Part shown: positions 19,469-28,340 of the stretch, piece after piece
Position numbering within the stretch: the stretch's first letter is position 1
Layout of the letters: every line of letters starts with the position of its first letter
IMG/VR virus record: IMGVR_UViG_3300044653_000122
Strand: one strand, 5' to 3'
Length of the DNA stretch: 64,000 bases
Source: an uncultured virus (IMG/VR IMGVR_UViG_3300044653_000122)
Taxonomy: Duplodnaviria; Heunggongvirae; Uroviricota; Caudoviricetes
Made by a program: the position numbers and the translations under genes
The notes under the pieces: generated by a model
Seen by the model: only the letters and a program-made list of their open reading frames with translations
Databases searched by the model: none
What the model was told of the DNA's origin: nothing

Positions 19469-20251
19469 ATGACCATCAATCTACCCCCCAATGCGGGGCC
19501 TCAACGCGATGCAGCGGTCCTCCAACGGATCACGGACGGGGAATACGACCCCCTCCAGTTGGGCACAGTCACCGCTGACTACAACGGCCATCACGCGGAG
19601 TTCACCGTCCTCGCGGATGCCCTCAAGCTCGACGGCGTACGGGTTGGTGCCGGGGCGATGCTTGCCCAACAGGTCGCCGACGCCCTCAAATGCAGCCTCC
19701 TGACGCCCAAGCTGCTCGACATGATGTACGCCCAGGCGAGCGTCATCCTCCCGCCGTTCCCCCTCGGGACCGTCAACATGATGACCACTCAACGGTTTGT
19801 CGACCACTCAAAGATGATCGATGCCGCCCTCGCCAAGGCGGGATACAACGGGCAGGGCATCGTCCAGACGGTCGGGAAGCCCTGGATGCTCGACAACGAC
19901 CTCCTCGACGCGGCCCACGCTGGCCACTCCGAAAACTACGGCTGGCACGTCAACAGCTCGATGTGGGAGCCGGAGGACCCCAACCATTGGGACGGGGTCC
20001 ACATCCTCCCGTGTGTCACCTTGGCGCCCGGAGACGCCAAAGTCATCCAGCCCCCGAGCTGGGCCCACGGCCTCGACCAGGCCGATTACTCAGAGATCAT
20101 GCTGTTCGTCCTCTGGGCGTGCACCCTCGACGGTGCGCCCGCCGACGTCAGAGACATCCTCCAGAACCCCGACCTCGCCCCTTTGGCGAGCCACCAGGGT
20201 GTGTTGAAGCTCCTCCGCCAACCGGGGGTTCCCCTTGTGGTTGCAGCCTAG
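19469..20251 (+). CDS. hypothetical protein
   Basis: long ORF with codon bias; YGWH..IQP..H..DYS pattern. Confidence 0.7.
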   Translation: MTINLPPNAGPQRDAAVLQRITDGEYDPLQLGTVTADYNGHHAEFTVLADALKLDGVRVGAGAMLAQQVADALKCSLLTPKLLDMMYAQASVILPPFPLGTVNMMTTQRFVDHSKMIDAALAKAGYNGQGIVQTVGKPWMLDNDLLDAAHAGHSENYGWHVNSSMWEPEDPNHWDGVHILPCVTLAPGDAKVIQPPSWAHGLDQADYSEIMLFVLWACTLDGAPADVRDILQNPDLAPLASHQGVLKLLRQPGVPLVVAA

Positions 20252-20267
20252 GATACTTCCTCTTCGC

Positions 20268-20528
20268 CTAGAGCTTCCGCCCGCCCGCCTCTTGCTCCCA
20301 ACGGGAGAGCTTGTTGAGGATGCTCTTCACCGTGTCCACGAGCTGAGCATCCCTCCACGAGCGCTTGACCTTTAGATGACAGCAGAGGCACTCCGTCGAG
20401 CTGTCGTCGCAAACAGCCCGCAACCGCCGAAGGGACGCCTCGATGATGGGAACCTCGCGTCGAAGGGCTTCCTTCGCTGCCTCGGTCAGACCTGTACCCT
20501 TCTCCTCCGCCAGGATGCTTTCGTCCAC
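20268..20528 (-). CDS. hypothetical protein
   Basis: GGAGG SD before GTG. Confidence 0.5.
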   Translation of the reverse strand: MDESILAEEKGTGLTEAAKEALRREVPIIEASLRRLRAVCDDSSTECLCCHLKVKRSWRDAQLVDTVKSILNKLSRWEQEAGGRKL

Positions 20529-20589
20529 TTGGACCTCCTGGCTTCTTCTGTGCGCGAGACGGGCCGTTGTTGCGGAAAATCGACTGCGG

Positions 20590-20662
20590 CTGGGGCAGAG
20601 GGACTCGAACCCCCAACAACCAGCTTCAAAGGCTGGAGTCCTGCCGATTGGACGATGCCCCA
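20590..20662 (-). tRNA. tRNA-Gln(TTG)
   Basis: CCAGC-CTTTGAA-GCTGG. Confidence 0.88.
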
Positions 20663-20666
20663 AGGG

Positions 20667-20740
20667 TGCCGGCGGAGGGAATCGAACCCCCGACAAGGCG
20701 CGTATGAAACGCCCGCTTCTACCAACTGAGCTACGCCGGC
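20667..20740 (-). tRNA. tRNA-Met/Ile2(CAT)
   Basis: GGCGT-TTCATAC-GCGCC. Confidence 0.85.
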
Positions 20741-20760
20741 ATTATGTTGCGACCAACTAG

Positions 20761-21240
20761 ATGAAAGTCCTCGCGCTAACCCTCCTCGCCCTCTCTTGCA
20801 ATCCTACACCAAACCCCGTGCCTGAGCAGAAGGAATCAGCACCCGGATGCGTCATCGACGCCATCTACCACATGCCGAACCCGCAGTGGACCCCTGGGGC
20901 ACTCTGCACCGAAGGGGACACGGACTTCGACGGCTTTCGGTACAAGGCTCATGTCGCCCACTGCGGACGGAGCATCACGATGTCCGAAAAGGACAAGGTG
21001 GCGCAGCTCTACGGCATCCCGAAGACCGACTACTATAAATACGAATTTGACCACTTCTTCCCGCTCAACGCTGGGGGGAGCAACTCCGCCGAGAATCTAT
21101 GGCCCCAGCCACTCGACGAAGCCAAACTCAAGGATCGCGTCGAGGAAGAGGTTTACAATGGCCTCCGCCACGGGACGATGACTCAAGACGAAGCTGTAGC
21201 GAAGATTCGCTCCTGGCGGTCCCCCGCCTGTCCGAACTAG
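20761..21240 (+). CDS. putative lipoprotein with HNH-like motif
   Basis: lipobox LSC; YEFDHFFPLNAGGSNSAENLWPQ. Confidence 0.75.
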   Translation: MKVLALTLLALSCNPTPNPVPEQKESAPGCVIDAIYHMPNPQWTPGALCTEGDTDFDGFRYKAHVAHCGRSITMSEKDKVAQLYGIPKTDYYKYEFDHFFPLNAGGSNSAENLWPQPLDEAKLKDRVEEEVYNGLRHGTMTQDEAVAKIRSWRSPACPN

Positions 21241-21314
21241 CCTGCCCGGGCGGAGTCGAACCGCCAACCTCAGCCTTCGCAGGGCTGCGCTCTTTCCAGT
21301 TGAGCTACGGGCAG
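21241..21314 (-). tRNA. tRNA-Arg(GCG)
   Basis: CAGCC-CTGCGAA-GGCTG. Confidence 0.88.
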
Positions 21315-21316
21315 AT

Positions 21317-21390
21317 TGGTACCCCTGCTCAGACTCGAACTGAGACAAACGGCTTCGAAGGCCGTAGCTTGGATCCGCCAAGACAGGGGC
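21317..21390 (-). tRNA. tRNA-Arg(TCG)
   Basis: ACGGC-CTTCGAA-GCCGT, CCA; atypical D arm. Confidence 0.8.
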
Positions 21391-21408
21391 ATGGTGTACT
21401 AGGTGACG

Positions 21409-21795
21409 ATGGAGCCCGAAGAGAACGACCCGATGGTCCAGTACTTTGTCGTGAAGGAGTCCCTGGGGATGTCCCCTGGGAAGCTCGGCGCTCAGGTCGC
21501 CCACGCCGAGATGCTCTTCATGCTGGAGGTCTACACGTGGGCGGTCCCCGATGTGCAGCCCCCGAAGTACAAGACCGTCGAGGAATGGCTCAAGACAAGC
21601 TACACGAAGATCCTCCTGGGGGCCTCCGACAACGAATTCGAGAAGGCCAAGACGGACGAGATTCAGCACGTCGTGGTGGTCGACCTCGGGAGGACCGAGA
21701 TCGCCGCCGGCTCGGAGACCGTCATCGGGTTCTGGCCGATGAGGAAGAGCGCCCGGTCGCGTTCCAAGGCTTTGAAGCGGCTTCGGCTGCTCTGA
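21409..21795 (+). CDS. pth2: peptidyl-tRNA hydrolase, Pth2 family
   Basis: LGMSPGKLGAQVAHA, VVDLGRTEIAAGSETVIG. Confidence 0.9.
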   Translation: MEPEENDPMVQYFVVKESLGMSPGKLGAQVAHAEMLFMLEVYTWAVPDVQPPKYKTVEEWLKTSYTKILLGASDNEFEKAKTDEIQHVVVVDLGRTEIAAGSETVIGFWPMRKSARSRSKALKRLRLL

Positions 21796-21849
21796 CCTGA
21801 CTAAATTCGGCCGCCTGAGCCGTGGGACAGGAGGCCGAATTTAGTCAGG
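21796..21849. terminator. 17-bp inverted repeat between convergent units
   Basis: CCTGACTAAATTCGGCC / GGCCGAATTTAGTCAGG. Confidence 0.6.
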
Positions 21850-21852
21850 AAG

Positions 21853-21928
21853 TGGTACGCCCGGCAGGATTCGAACCTGCGAAAAACGGCTTCGTAGGCC
21901 GCTGCCTTGTCCACTAGACTACGGGCGC
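21853..21928 (-). tRNA. tRNA-Arg(ACG)
   Basis: GCGGC-CTACGAA-GCCGT, CCA. Confidence 0.9.
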
Positions 21929-22441
21929 ATGGGGGACGGGAAGACCCAGTTCAGCATGGGTTTCCCTGTGGCAGTTTGCACACAACAGGTCACATTTATC
22001 GAGTTCACGCTGGATCTCCTCAGTCCACGTGCAACTTCTACGACGGCTCAGGCCGAAGTCCTTCTTGGTGGGATCGCGATGGTGGAAATCCATCGCCCCG
22101 CTGTAGCGGTTGTACCCACATTTGAGACATGCCCCGCCCTTATACTGGATGCAGCGTTCCTTGAACGCGCGCTGCCTAGTGGCAGCGTCGTCCCTGTAAC
22201 ACTTGCGACACCACGGGCTTAGGTTGCCAATCCCCACCCTCTTACGCCGCGGGTAAAATTGGCTGGTCGGCTGCGGGTTATGGCACCGTGAGCACGTCTT
22301 GAGGCACCCTGTCTTGCTGTTTTTGGCACGCTCACCGTACGGTGAGCACACAAGACAATAGCGCCTGTTTGACAGGTTTACCGTGCGCTCTCCGACACGG
22401 GCCCAGTTCGGGATTTTGCTGCCGCACGCTTTACAGTCCAT
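21914..22441 (-). CDS. HNH (homing-type) endonuclease
   Basis: KGGACLKCGY, MDFHHRDP, KCDLLCANCHRETH. Confidence 0.85.
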   Translation of the reverse strand: MDCKACGSKIPNWARVGERTVNLSNRRYCLVCSPYGERAKNSKTGCLKTCSRCHNPQPTSQFYPRRKRVGIGNLSPWCRKCYRDDAATRQRAFKERCIQYKGGACLKCGYNRYSGAMDFHHRDPTKKDFGLSRRRSCTWTEEIQRELDKCDLLCANCHRETHAELGLPVPHAPVV

Positions 22442-22469
22442 AGTGTAGCCAAACGTAGAGGTGGCCTGG

Positions 22470-22496
22470 TTACGGCGGCATCTTGGTCTTCTCCAT
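22470..22496 (-). CDS. putative leader micro-[11 protein letters not shown]
   Basis: follows GGTGTA motif; ends CCG CCG TAA. Confidence 0.4.
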   Translation of the reverse strand: MEKTKMPP

Positions 22497-22529
22497 CGTG
22501 TGTACCCTACACCGGGCGATAAGGGAATT

Positions 22530-22589
22530 TGGTGGACCACCGGGGAATCGAACCCCGATCCAACGCTCTATCCATTGAGCTACAGACGC
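22530..22589 (-). pseudogene. chimeric tRNA remnant lacking the anticodon arm
   Basis: Arg-like 5' half joined to Ala-like T arm and CCA; acceptor strands do not pair. Confidence 0.7.
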
Positions 22590-22590
22590 A

Positions 22591-22667
22591 TGGCGTGCCC
22601 GGAGGGAGTCGAACCCACGACCTCTTCCTTCGGAGGGAAGCGCTCTATCCAACTGAGCTACGGGCAC
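22591..22667 (-). tRNA. tRNA-Arg(CCG)
   Basis: CTTCC-CTCCGAA-GGAAG, CCA. Confidence 0.92.
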
Positions 22668-22762
22668 ATTGTGCTGAAGTGTGTTCAAAGTTGTCTTTGT
22701 GGGCGCGGAGTGGTTGTTGGCATATTGTTTTGATCGGTGGGCCTCCCTGTTGTAGACGGGGC

Positions 22763-23791
22763 ATGAGACCTTCCAACCGACTGAACGCCATCCCCATTCT
22801 CTCTCTACTGGCCCTCTCTGCTTGTGGCCGGCCCTTCACCATCTCCTTCCCGGACGACGCAGGAGACTCAGGCAACGATTGTTGCGACACCCCTGATGCA
22901 GGGGGCGCCGCGTCGACGAGTTCGACCGCAACCAGTTCCTCCAGCTCTGGGACGAACCCTGCCAGCTCTTCGAGTTCCAGCGGCACCGGAGGATCGTGCT
23001 CCGCGTGCGATGGTGGGATCGGCGGCCAGACGGCCTCCTCTAGCACCTCGTCGAGTTCGAGCAGCTCTTCTGGGGGTGGGGGCGGAGCGAGCAGCTCTTC
23101 TTCAAGTTCATCGTCGAGCAACAGCTCTTCGAGTTCGAGCAGCTCTTCTGGGGGCGGGGCTGGTGGTTCGACCGGCACGAGCGGTTCAGGGGGGTCCTCG
23201 GTGGACGCTGGGCCGGACGGGCCGCCCCCTTGTACGGACCTGGAGACGACGTGCGCGGGGCTCCAGCCCCTCATCTGCCAGAACGGCGCGTGGACGACCA
23301 ACGGAGGCGTCTGCGGCTACGCGTGCAACGCCGGAGCTTGCACCTGCAACGACCCCTACATGGCTACGGCTGACGCTGGCCTGGTCGGAAGATTCCAGCC
23401 GGAGCCTGGCGGCGGACTCATGGATCATCTGACTGGGGCCACTTGGTACACTACTGCCGCGGTTGCTGATCACTACGTCGGCTTCGACGAGGCGCAGATG
23501 ATCTGCGAGGAGTACAACGCCCGACTCCCTCACCTCAGCGAGGTGCTGGCCGTCATCGCCCAGCAGTCGAGCGATGTCTTCTGCCCTGACTTCGACGCCG
23601 ACTCGCAGTTCCAGTCGTCGTTCGAGATGGTTCCGGGCTGGTACTGGACCGATACACCCCCCTCGGGTCACCCCCTCGACCAGCAGGCCGTCTGCTGGGC
23701 GAACGGCTCGGTGTGTGACATTTACAGCACTTGTCTCGGATGCCCTGCACCCCCGGTAGGGGAGTCGTACACGATCTGCATCTCCCCGTAA
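22763..23791 (+). CDS. myxobacterial-style lipoprotein with Ser/Gly linker and Cys-rich C-terminal domain
   Basis: lipobox LSAC, DAG motifs, poly-Ser/Gly, RLP..E..YWT pattern. Confidence 0.8.
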   Translation: MRPSNRLNAIPILSLLALSACGRPFTISFPDDAGDSGNDCCDTPDAGGAASTSSTATSSSSSGTNPASSSSSSGTGGSCSACDGGIGGQTASSSTSSSSSSSSGGGGGASSSSSSSSSSNSSSSSSSSSGGGAGGSTGTSGSGGSSVDAGPDGPPPCTDLETTCAGLQPLICQNGAWTTNGGVCGYACNAGACTCNDPYMATADAGLVGRFQPEPGGGLMDHLTGATWYTTAAVADHYVGFDEAQMICEEYNARLPHLSEVLAVIAQQSSDVFCPDFDADSQFQSSFEMVPGWYWTDTPPSGHPLDQQAVCWANGSVCDIYSTCLGCPAPPVGESYTICISP

Positions 23792-23793
23792 CT

Positions 23794-23870
23794 TGGTGCC
23801 CCTGGAGGGACTCGAACCCCCAACCCTCCGCTTAGAAGGCGGATGCTCTTTCCGGTTGAGCTACAGAGGC
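23794..23870 (-). tRNA. tRNA-Arg(TCT)
   Basis: TCCGC-CTTCTAA-GCGGA, CCA. Confidence 0.92.
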
Positions 23871-24020
23871 GTGAGTTAGTGAGGCGCTGTCAGGGACCAG
23901 TGGTTATCAACCCGGTCGACCCCCTACCGTTTGGTCCTGTCCGTGGCTGGCCGTGTCACAGCCCTTTGGACTCGAACAGGACGGCGAGGTTACTCCCAGA
24001 TGGGACCTCAGTCACCTCGG

Positions 24021-24100
24021 AGGCGAGATCGAGGATCGAACTCATAGCTCGCGGGTTTGCAATCCGCTCCCACCTCCCAGGTGAGTGAAGCTATCTCGCC
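24021..24100 (-). tRNA. tRNA-Cys(GCA), enlarged D arm
   Basis: loop TTGCAAA, U73 discriminator. Confidence 0.75.
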
Positions 24101-24301
24101 AAAATCTACCTAGGTCGTCGTCGAAGCTGTAACCGAGGTACGCGGTCATCTCGGGTTCCTCGGGGTAGAAAGATAAAGCCACCCACAACCCTCACAAGGG
24201 CGAGATGAGCACAGGACCCCACCTCCATGAGGACCGTAGCCGGAAAGCTGCACTCCCCGCAGCCCTGGAGGGGGCTTTGGGGGCATCTTTCACAACCTTA
24301 G

Positions 24302-24374
24302 AGCGGGCGATGGGATTCGAACCCACGACATCAACCTTGGGAAGGTTGCACTCTACCAACTGAGTTACGCCCGC
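24302..24374 (-). tRNA. tRNA-Gly(CCC)
   Basis: CAACC-TTCCCAA-GGTTG. Confidence 0.92.
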
Positions 24375-24412
24375 ATCTTGGGGGTCCGGAATGAGCCGGA
24401 CCCCCACATCTA

Positions 24413-24694
24413 TCAGACCATCTGCATCCGAGCGAGCTGCGTCGGGGTGTGGAGGTTCCTCCAGGTCGGGTTGCACTTCTTGCAACCGATATTCCCGCAG
24501 GGCCCACCCGCGTGATCCCCCGAACGACCGCTTTGCTTGCGCTGCTTCTTCGTCCTGAGTTTGACGCGCTTGCTCTTCGTGTTGCGCCCTTCGTCCCTCC
24601 ACTTCTCGTAGAGGGTCTTCTGAGCCAACTTTCTCGCCACCTTCTTTGCCCGACGCTTCTTACGTGCGGCGAGCCTCTTCGCTTTACCTGCCAT
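24413..24694 (-). CDS. small basic protein with Cys cluster
   Basis: Lys/Arg-rich; H..CGNIGCKKC. Confidence 0.65.
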   Translation of the reverse strand: MAGKAKRLAARKKRRAKKVARKLAQKTLYEKWRDEGRNTKSKRVKLRTKKQRKQSGRSGDHAGGPCGNIGCKKCNPTWRNLHTPTQLARMQMV

Positions 24695-24940
24695 GCTGAC
24701 CAACCCAGCCGCTAACCGGAGTCCGGCGGAGCGTGGGCGGTCGGAGATGAACTCCTACGGCTTGTCAGCGTTCATCCCCGAGTACGCCCACGGACGGGCC
24801 TACTCACGGAGCGCGTGATGTTGATCCTCCGCGTGAACAACGTCACGCGCAAAGGACGATGGTGTTCTTCATGGCGCACCTCCTATTTCGTCTCTACACC
24901 GGCCAGGGTGCGAAGGCGATCAATTTCGCTGAGCAATTTG

Positions 24941-25012
24941 AGCAGGCGAGGAGATTTGAACTCCCGACCACGTGCTTGGCAAGCACGGACTCTACCACTG
25001 AGCTACGCCTGC
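24941..25012 (-). tRNA. tRNA-Gly(GCC)
   Basis: CGTGC-TTGCCAA-GCACG. Confidence 0.9.
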
Positions 25013-25078
25013 ATGTCTACAACTGAAAATCTTTGGCCCAAAGAACCCCCTTCGCCTGGTTGTTTTTGGGGGGATCAA

Positions 25079-25153
25079 TGGAGCAGGTGACGAGAATCGA
25101 ACTCGCCTAAGCCTCGTTGGCAACGAGGGGCCTCACCAGTCGGCTTCACCTGC
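25079..25153 (-). tRNA. tRNA-Gly(GCC)
   Basis: CCTCG-TTGCCAA-CGAGG, CCA. Confidence 0.88.
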
Positions 25154-25209
25154 ATGGGTTCCGATCTCGGACTCGCTTCACCGGCTCGGAACTAGACCGG
25201 GATAGGCGG

Positions 25210-25281
25210 AGCGGATGACTGGATTCGAACCAGCGACGTACAGCTTGGAAGGCTGACACTCTACCACTGAGTTACACCCGC
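25210..25281 (-). tRNA. tRNA-Gly(TCC)
   Basis: CAGC-CTTCCAA-GCTG. Confidence 0.9.
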
Positions 25282-25298
25282 AAAACCGCAAAAACCAG

Positions 25299-25370
25299 AG
25301 CCGACCAGGGGACTTGAACCCCCAACCCCCTGCTTACAAGGCAGGTGCTCTACCATTGAGCTAGATCGGC
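25299..25370 (-). tRNA. tRNA-Thr(TGT)
   Basis: CCTGC-CTTGTAA-GCAGG. Confidence 0.92.
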
Positions 25371-25382
25371 ATAACACACCGG

Positions 25383-25454
25383 AGCCGAAGATGGGAATCG
25401 GACCCACGACCTTCTCCTTACCAAGGAGATGCTCTACCCCTGAGCTACTTCGGC
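25383..25454 (-). tRNA. tRNA-Thr(GGT)
   Basis: TCTCC-TTGGTAA-GGAGA. Confidence 0.9.
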
Positions 25455-25458
25455 AAAA

Positions 25459-26439
25459 CTAGTTGGAAGACGAGAGAACGGCCTTCTTAGCCACCTCGAA
25501 GTCTCCTGGGACGCCCCAAGTCTTCCAGTCCCCGTGGTGGCTGAATCCGTACGGAGCAGCAGCCTCCATCGTAGCCTTGCTGGCCTTCTCCATCACCCTC
25601 GCGAACTGCATGAGCGCATGGTCGGAGAACTTCTGGAAGTCGGAGCGGAACGATGTGATCACACTCCGTACATGATGGCGTAGGTCGTCCCACTCCATCG
25701 GCACACTCTCGCTCGTCACGATGAGCGACTGAAGGTTCCCGTCCATCTTCTCGAACTCGTAGTAGGCCTCGATGAACTTCTTCACCTCGAAGTAGATGCG
25801 GGTCACGAAGAGCCAGGTTAGGGGTTCCCCGCCAAACCCGAGCATAGCAGCGTGTGCCTCGCCACCCATCTTGAGGATCTTCATGAAACGCACCGAGAGT
25901 CGATGGGACATCCCAGTCAGCATGTGGGTGAGACCCATCGCCTTTTTCAGGTCTGGGTTCATCTCATGTGCTTCAATGCTCTCGTGGATCTTGTCGAGCA
26001 CCTCACGGTACTCGTGGTCCAAGAATGTGGCGAGATTAAGCCTCCAGCCAATCAAGTCGGTGCCCTTGATGGCCAACTCGGCCGCAGCGAGAGCCGCCGC
26101 GCTCCCTTCCGAGATAATCTTGAGTGCCACCTGTCGCTTGCGATCCTCCTCAGCGCGACGTGCTGCTTCTGGATCGGCCTTCCAGGAGACTGGGGGGTGC
26201 TGGTCTTCCCTTCGGTTGCCCAGCAGGATGTCCTTGGCGACGTTGAGATCCACCATGCGCTCGTGTGTGCCACCCTTGTCCGGGTGATTCTCGATCGCTT
26301 TGGTCCGGTAGGCCTTCTGAACGTCCGTCGGCGAGAACGCATGCGGCGGGAGGCCAAGCACCTGCTTGGCCTGGTCTACAGACATCGCCCGAAGGACACG
26401 GGCGTATCGGACGGCGTACCTGCGGTCGTAGTCGATCAT
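25459..26439 (-). CDS. J-domain (DnaJ-like) protein
   Basis: AKQVLGL..VQKAYR..NHPDKGG..LNVAKDIL. Confidence 0.85.
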   Translation of the reverse strand: MIDYDRRYAVRYARVLRAMSVDQAKQVLGLPPHAFSPTDVQKAYRTKAIENHPDKGGTHERMVDLNVAKDILLGNRREDQHPPVSWKADPEAARRAEEDRKRQVALKIISEGSAAALAAAELAIKGTDLIGWRLNLATFLDHEYREVLDKIHESIEAHEMNPDLKKAMGLTHMLTGMSHRLSVRFMKILKMGGEAHAAMLGFGGEPLTWLFVTRIYFEVKKFIEAYYEFEKMDGNLQSLIVTSESVPMEWDDLRHHVRSVITSFRSDFQKFSDHALMQFARVMEKASKATMEAAAPYGFSHHGDWKTWGVPGDFEVAKKAVLSSSN

Positions 26440-26466
26440 GTCGACCACAGCCGAGTTACAAGAGGA

Positions 26467-26871
26467 TCAGAAGAGCCGGGTCATCGTCGCGTCGGCTGCG
26501 AAGAGCTTGTTCAGCTCCGCTCCGAGGTTTCGCGCCACGACCTCCGGGCTGGAAAAGGAGTCGAAGTTGAGCTTGATGTTGCTCTTCAAGTCGCGCCCCA
26601 ACTCCAACGCGGCGAACCCAACGACGTGCATGTCCTTGCCGAGGTTCAAGGTCATGCGGATCTGATCAGAGCCATTGGCGAAGGTCGCGGACGAAGAGAG
26701 TTGGTTCATCGCCCCTCGGCCGATATCCTTGACCTCCCACCCGTGTGGGAGGTGCTTCACGAGATCGTACGCGATCGTGGCCACCCATTCGTGCATCGCA
26801 AACCCGATGGCTGCCCACAGGGATCCGTGCATCGACGTCTTGACCGAGGCGCTACGATCGTAGTCGTACAT
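26467..26871 (-). CDS. hypothetical protein
   Basis: CCTCTTGT motif upstream; starts MYDYDR. Confidence 0.65.
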   Translation of the reverse strand: MYDYDRSASVKTSMHGSLWAAIGFAMHEWVATIAYDLVKHLPHGWEVKDIGRGAMNQLSSSATFANGSDQIRMTLNLGKDMHVVGFAALELGRDLKSNIKLNFDSFSSPEVVARNLGAELNKLFAADATMTRLF

Positions 26872-26901
26872 GCCGTGGCTGATACACAAGAGGTTTAGCT
26901 A

Positions 26902-26990
26902 GGGTGTGCCGCCGAGTCGAACGGCTTCCTCCAAGGGCAAAGGGGAGTCGAACCCCACGTGGCGTCCCACGCACGACCAATCACACACCC
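26902..26990 (-). ncRNA. tRNA-like RNA with two T-arms
   Basis: GGGTGTG/CACACCC closing helix; two TTCGACT hairpins. Confidence 0.6.
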
Positions 26991-26993
26991 TAG

Positions 26994-27066
26994 TGGAACC
27001 GAAGGGGATCGAACCCTCAACCTCAGGCTTGCAAAGCCCGCGCTCTCCCAATTGAGCTACAGTCCC
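26994..27066 (-). tRNA. tRNA-Ala(TGC)
   Basis: loop TTTGCAA, G3:U70. Confidence 0.92.
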
Positions 27067-27069
27067 GTG

Positions 27070-27237
27070 TTAGTACTGCCCTCTCTTCATCCTTCGAGGG
27101 TCTTGTCGGTGTCGGCATTTTTGACACCGCCGACCAGCTCCAACAAGGTTGGCATCACAACCATCGCACCAGAAGCGACCCATCCGAGGCTTCAGCTTGA
27201 TATACCTGTTGGTTTGCCAAACATCATCGCGTTTCAT
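27070..27237 (-). CDS. small Zn-ribbon-like protein
   Basis: WCDGCD..CQKC. Confidence 0.55.
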   Translation of the reverse strand: MKRDDVWQTNRYIKLKPRMGRFWCDGCDANLVGAGRRCQKCRHRQDPRRMKRGQY

Positions 27238-27252
27238 TGGCCGAACCTGGGG

Positions 27253-27324
27253 CTGAGGGGTAGGGACTCGAACCCTAACAGCGGGTACCAAAAGCCCGCG
27301 TCCTGCCAATTAGACGACCCCTCA
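27253..27324 (-). tRNA. tRNA-Gln(TTG)
   Basis: loop TTTTGGT. Confidence 0.85.
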
Positions 27325-27392
27325 ATGCGCCAATCGATTCTGGGAACCTTCGCCGCCTTACGACGGACCCGCGTGATTGGCAATCGCGGTAG

Positions 27393-27463
27393 CTGGGGAG
27401 CAGGGATTCGAACCCCGATAGGCGGCACCAGAAACCGCCGTCCTGCCGTTAGACGACTCCCCA
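27393..27463 (-). tRNA. tRNA-Gln(CTG)
   Basis: GCGGT-TTCTGGT-GCCGC. Confidence 0.9.
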
Positions 27464-27528
27464 AAGCGAGTACCGTACTTCTTGCGCTTAACAAGTGAGC
27501 TAGTGGCCACAGTGACCACCCAAGTTAG

Positions 27529-27599
27529 TGGAGCCGAAGGGAATCGAACCCTTATTCACGCACTGCCAGCGCGTTGTCCTCCCGTTGAACGACGGCCCC
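27529..27599 (-). tRNA. tRNA-Ala(GGC)
   Basis: ACGCG-CTGGCAG-TGCGT, G3:U70. Confidence 0.88.
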
Positions 27600-28250
27600 A
27601 AATGTCAAAACCTTGTCCCAATCTTCTGCCACGTCCTCTCGGATCGTGATCACAGTCTTATTTTTGTCTGTCTCATCCCACGAAAACACATAGGCTGTGT
27701 CCGTGTACAGGCTGTACCCCACCAAGAAATCGAAGTCTTTCTTAGAGTAGCGTTGGCGACGACTATGACCCTCTGTTCGAGTCAAGCTCAGGTGCGGCAA
27801 TCCGTGACGACCTGCGGCCGAAGCCCATTTCACTTGGATTTTGGCTAGATCGCCTGATGGGACTTGAACGAGCCAATCAGTACGGCCGCCATCGAACACA
27901 GGCGCCATAACGTGCAAACCGTACAAGGTACATCGGAAAAGAATGGCCGCTTCGGCGATATTACCCTTCTCCGAAGGAGTGAGTTCTCGTTCAGTCAGCA
28001 TCTCGTGGTACTTGGACCGTTCCCCCCGATCCTTCCGGGCACCGACGCGAGGTTTCGTGACACCAGCTTGGTGCTTCGCGTGCAGCTCCTCTTCCGAGAG
28101 AGGATGGTTCAACAACCACCGGCTGAGGGAACTCTTCGAGATGCCAGTACGGTCTTGGATCTCTCGGAAAGAAAGCCTTTCCTCGACCCGCAGACGCACA
28201 GCCTCTAGCTGCCCTTTTTCGTTCGGAACACCGCGCATAGTACGAACCAT
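27552..28250 (-). CDS. HTH + PD-(D/E)XK homing-type endonuclease
   Basis: LSFREI..GISKSSLSRW; KGNIAE..D..KIQVK..Y..DFD. Confidence 0.8.
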   Translation of the reverse strand: MVRTMRGVPNEKGQLEAVRLRVEERLSFREIQDRTGISKSSLSRWLLNHPLSEEELHAKHQAGVTKPRVGARKDRGERSKYHEMLTERELTPSEKGNIAEAAILFRCTLYGLHVMAPVFDGGRTDWLVQVPSGDLAKIQVKWASAAGRHGLPHLSLTRTEGHSRRQRYSKKDFDFLVGYSLYTDTAYVFSWDETDKNKTVITIREDVAEDWDKVLTFGAVVQREDNALAVRE

Positions 28251-28340
28251 AACATATGGTTCGTACCGACTGCAAGAGTTATAGGGAGAGGATGAGGGGA
28301 AGTTTTTGACCTCCCCTCATCCGACTCACAACCCCAAGTC

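Noticed and set aside
22900..23200. DNA tandem repeat element
   Set aside because: Explained by the poly-Ser/Gly linker of the lipoprotein
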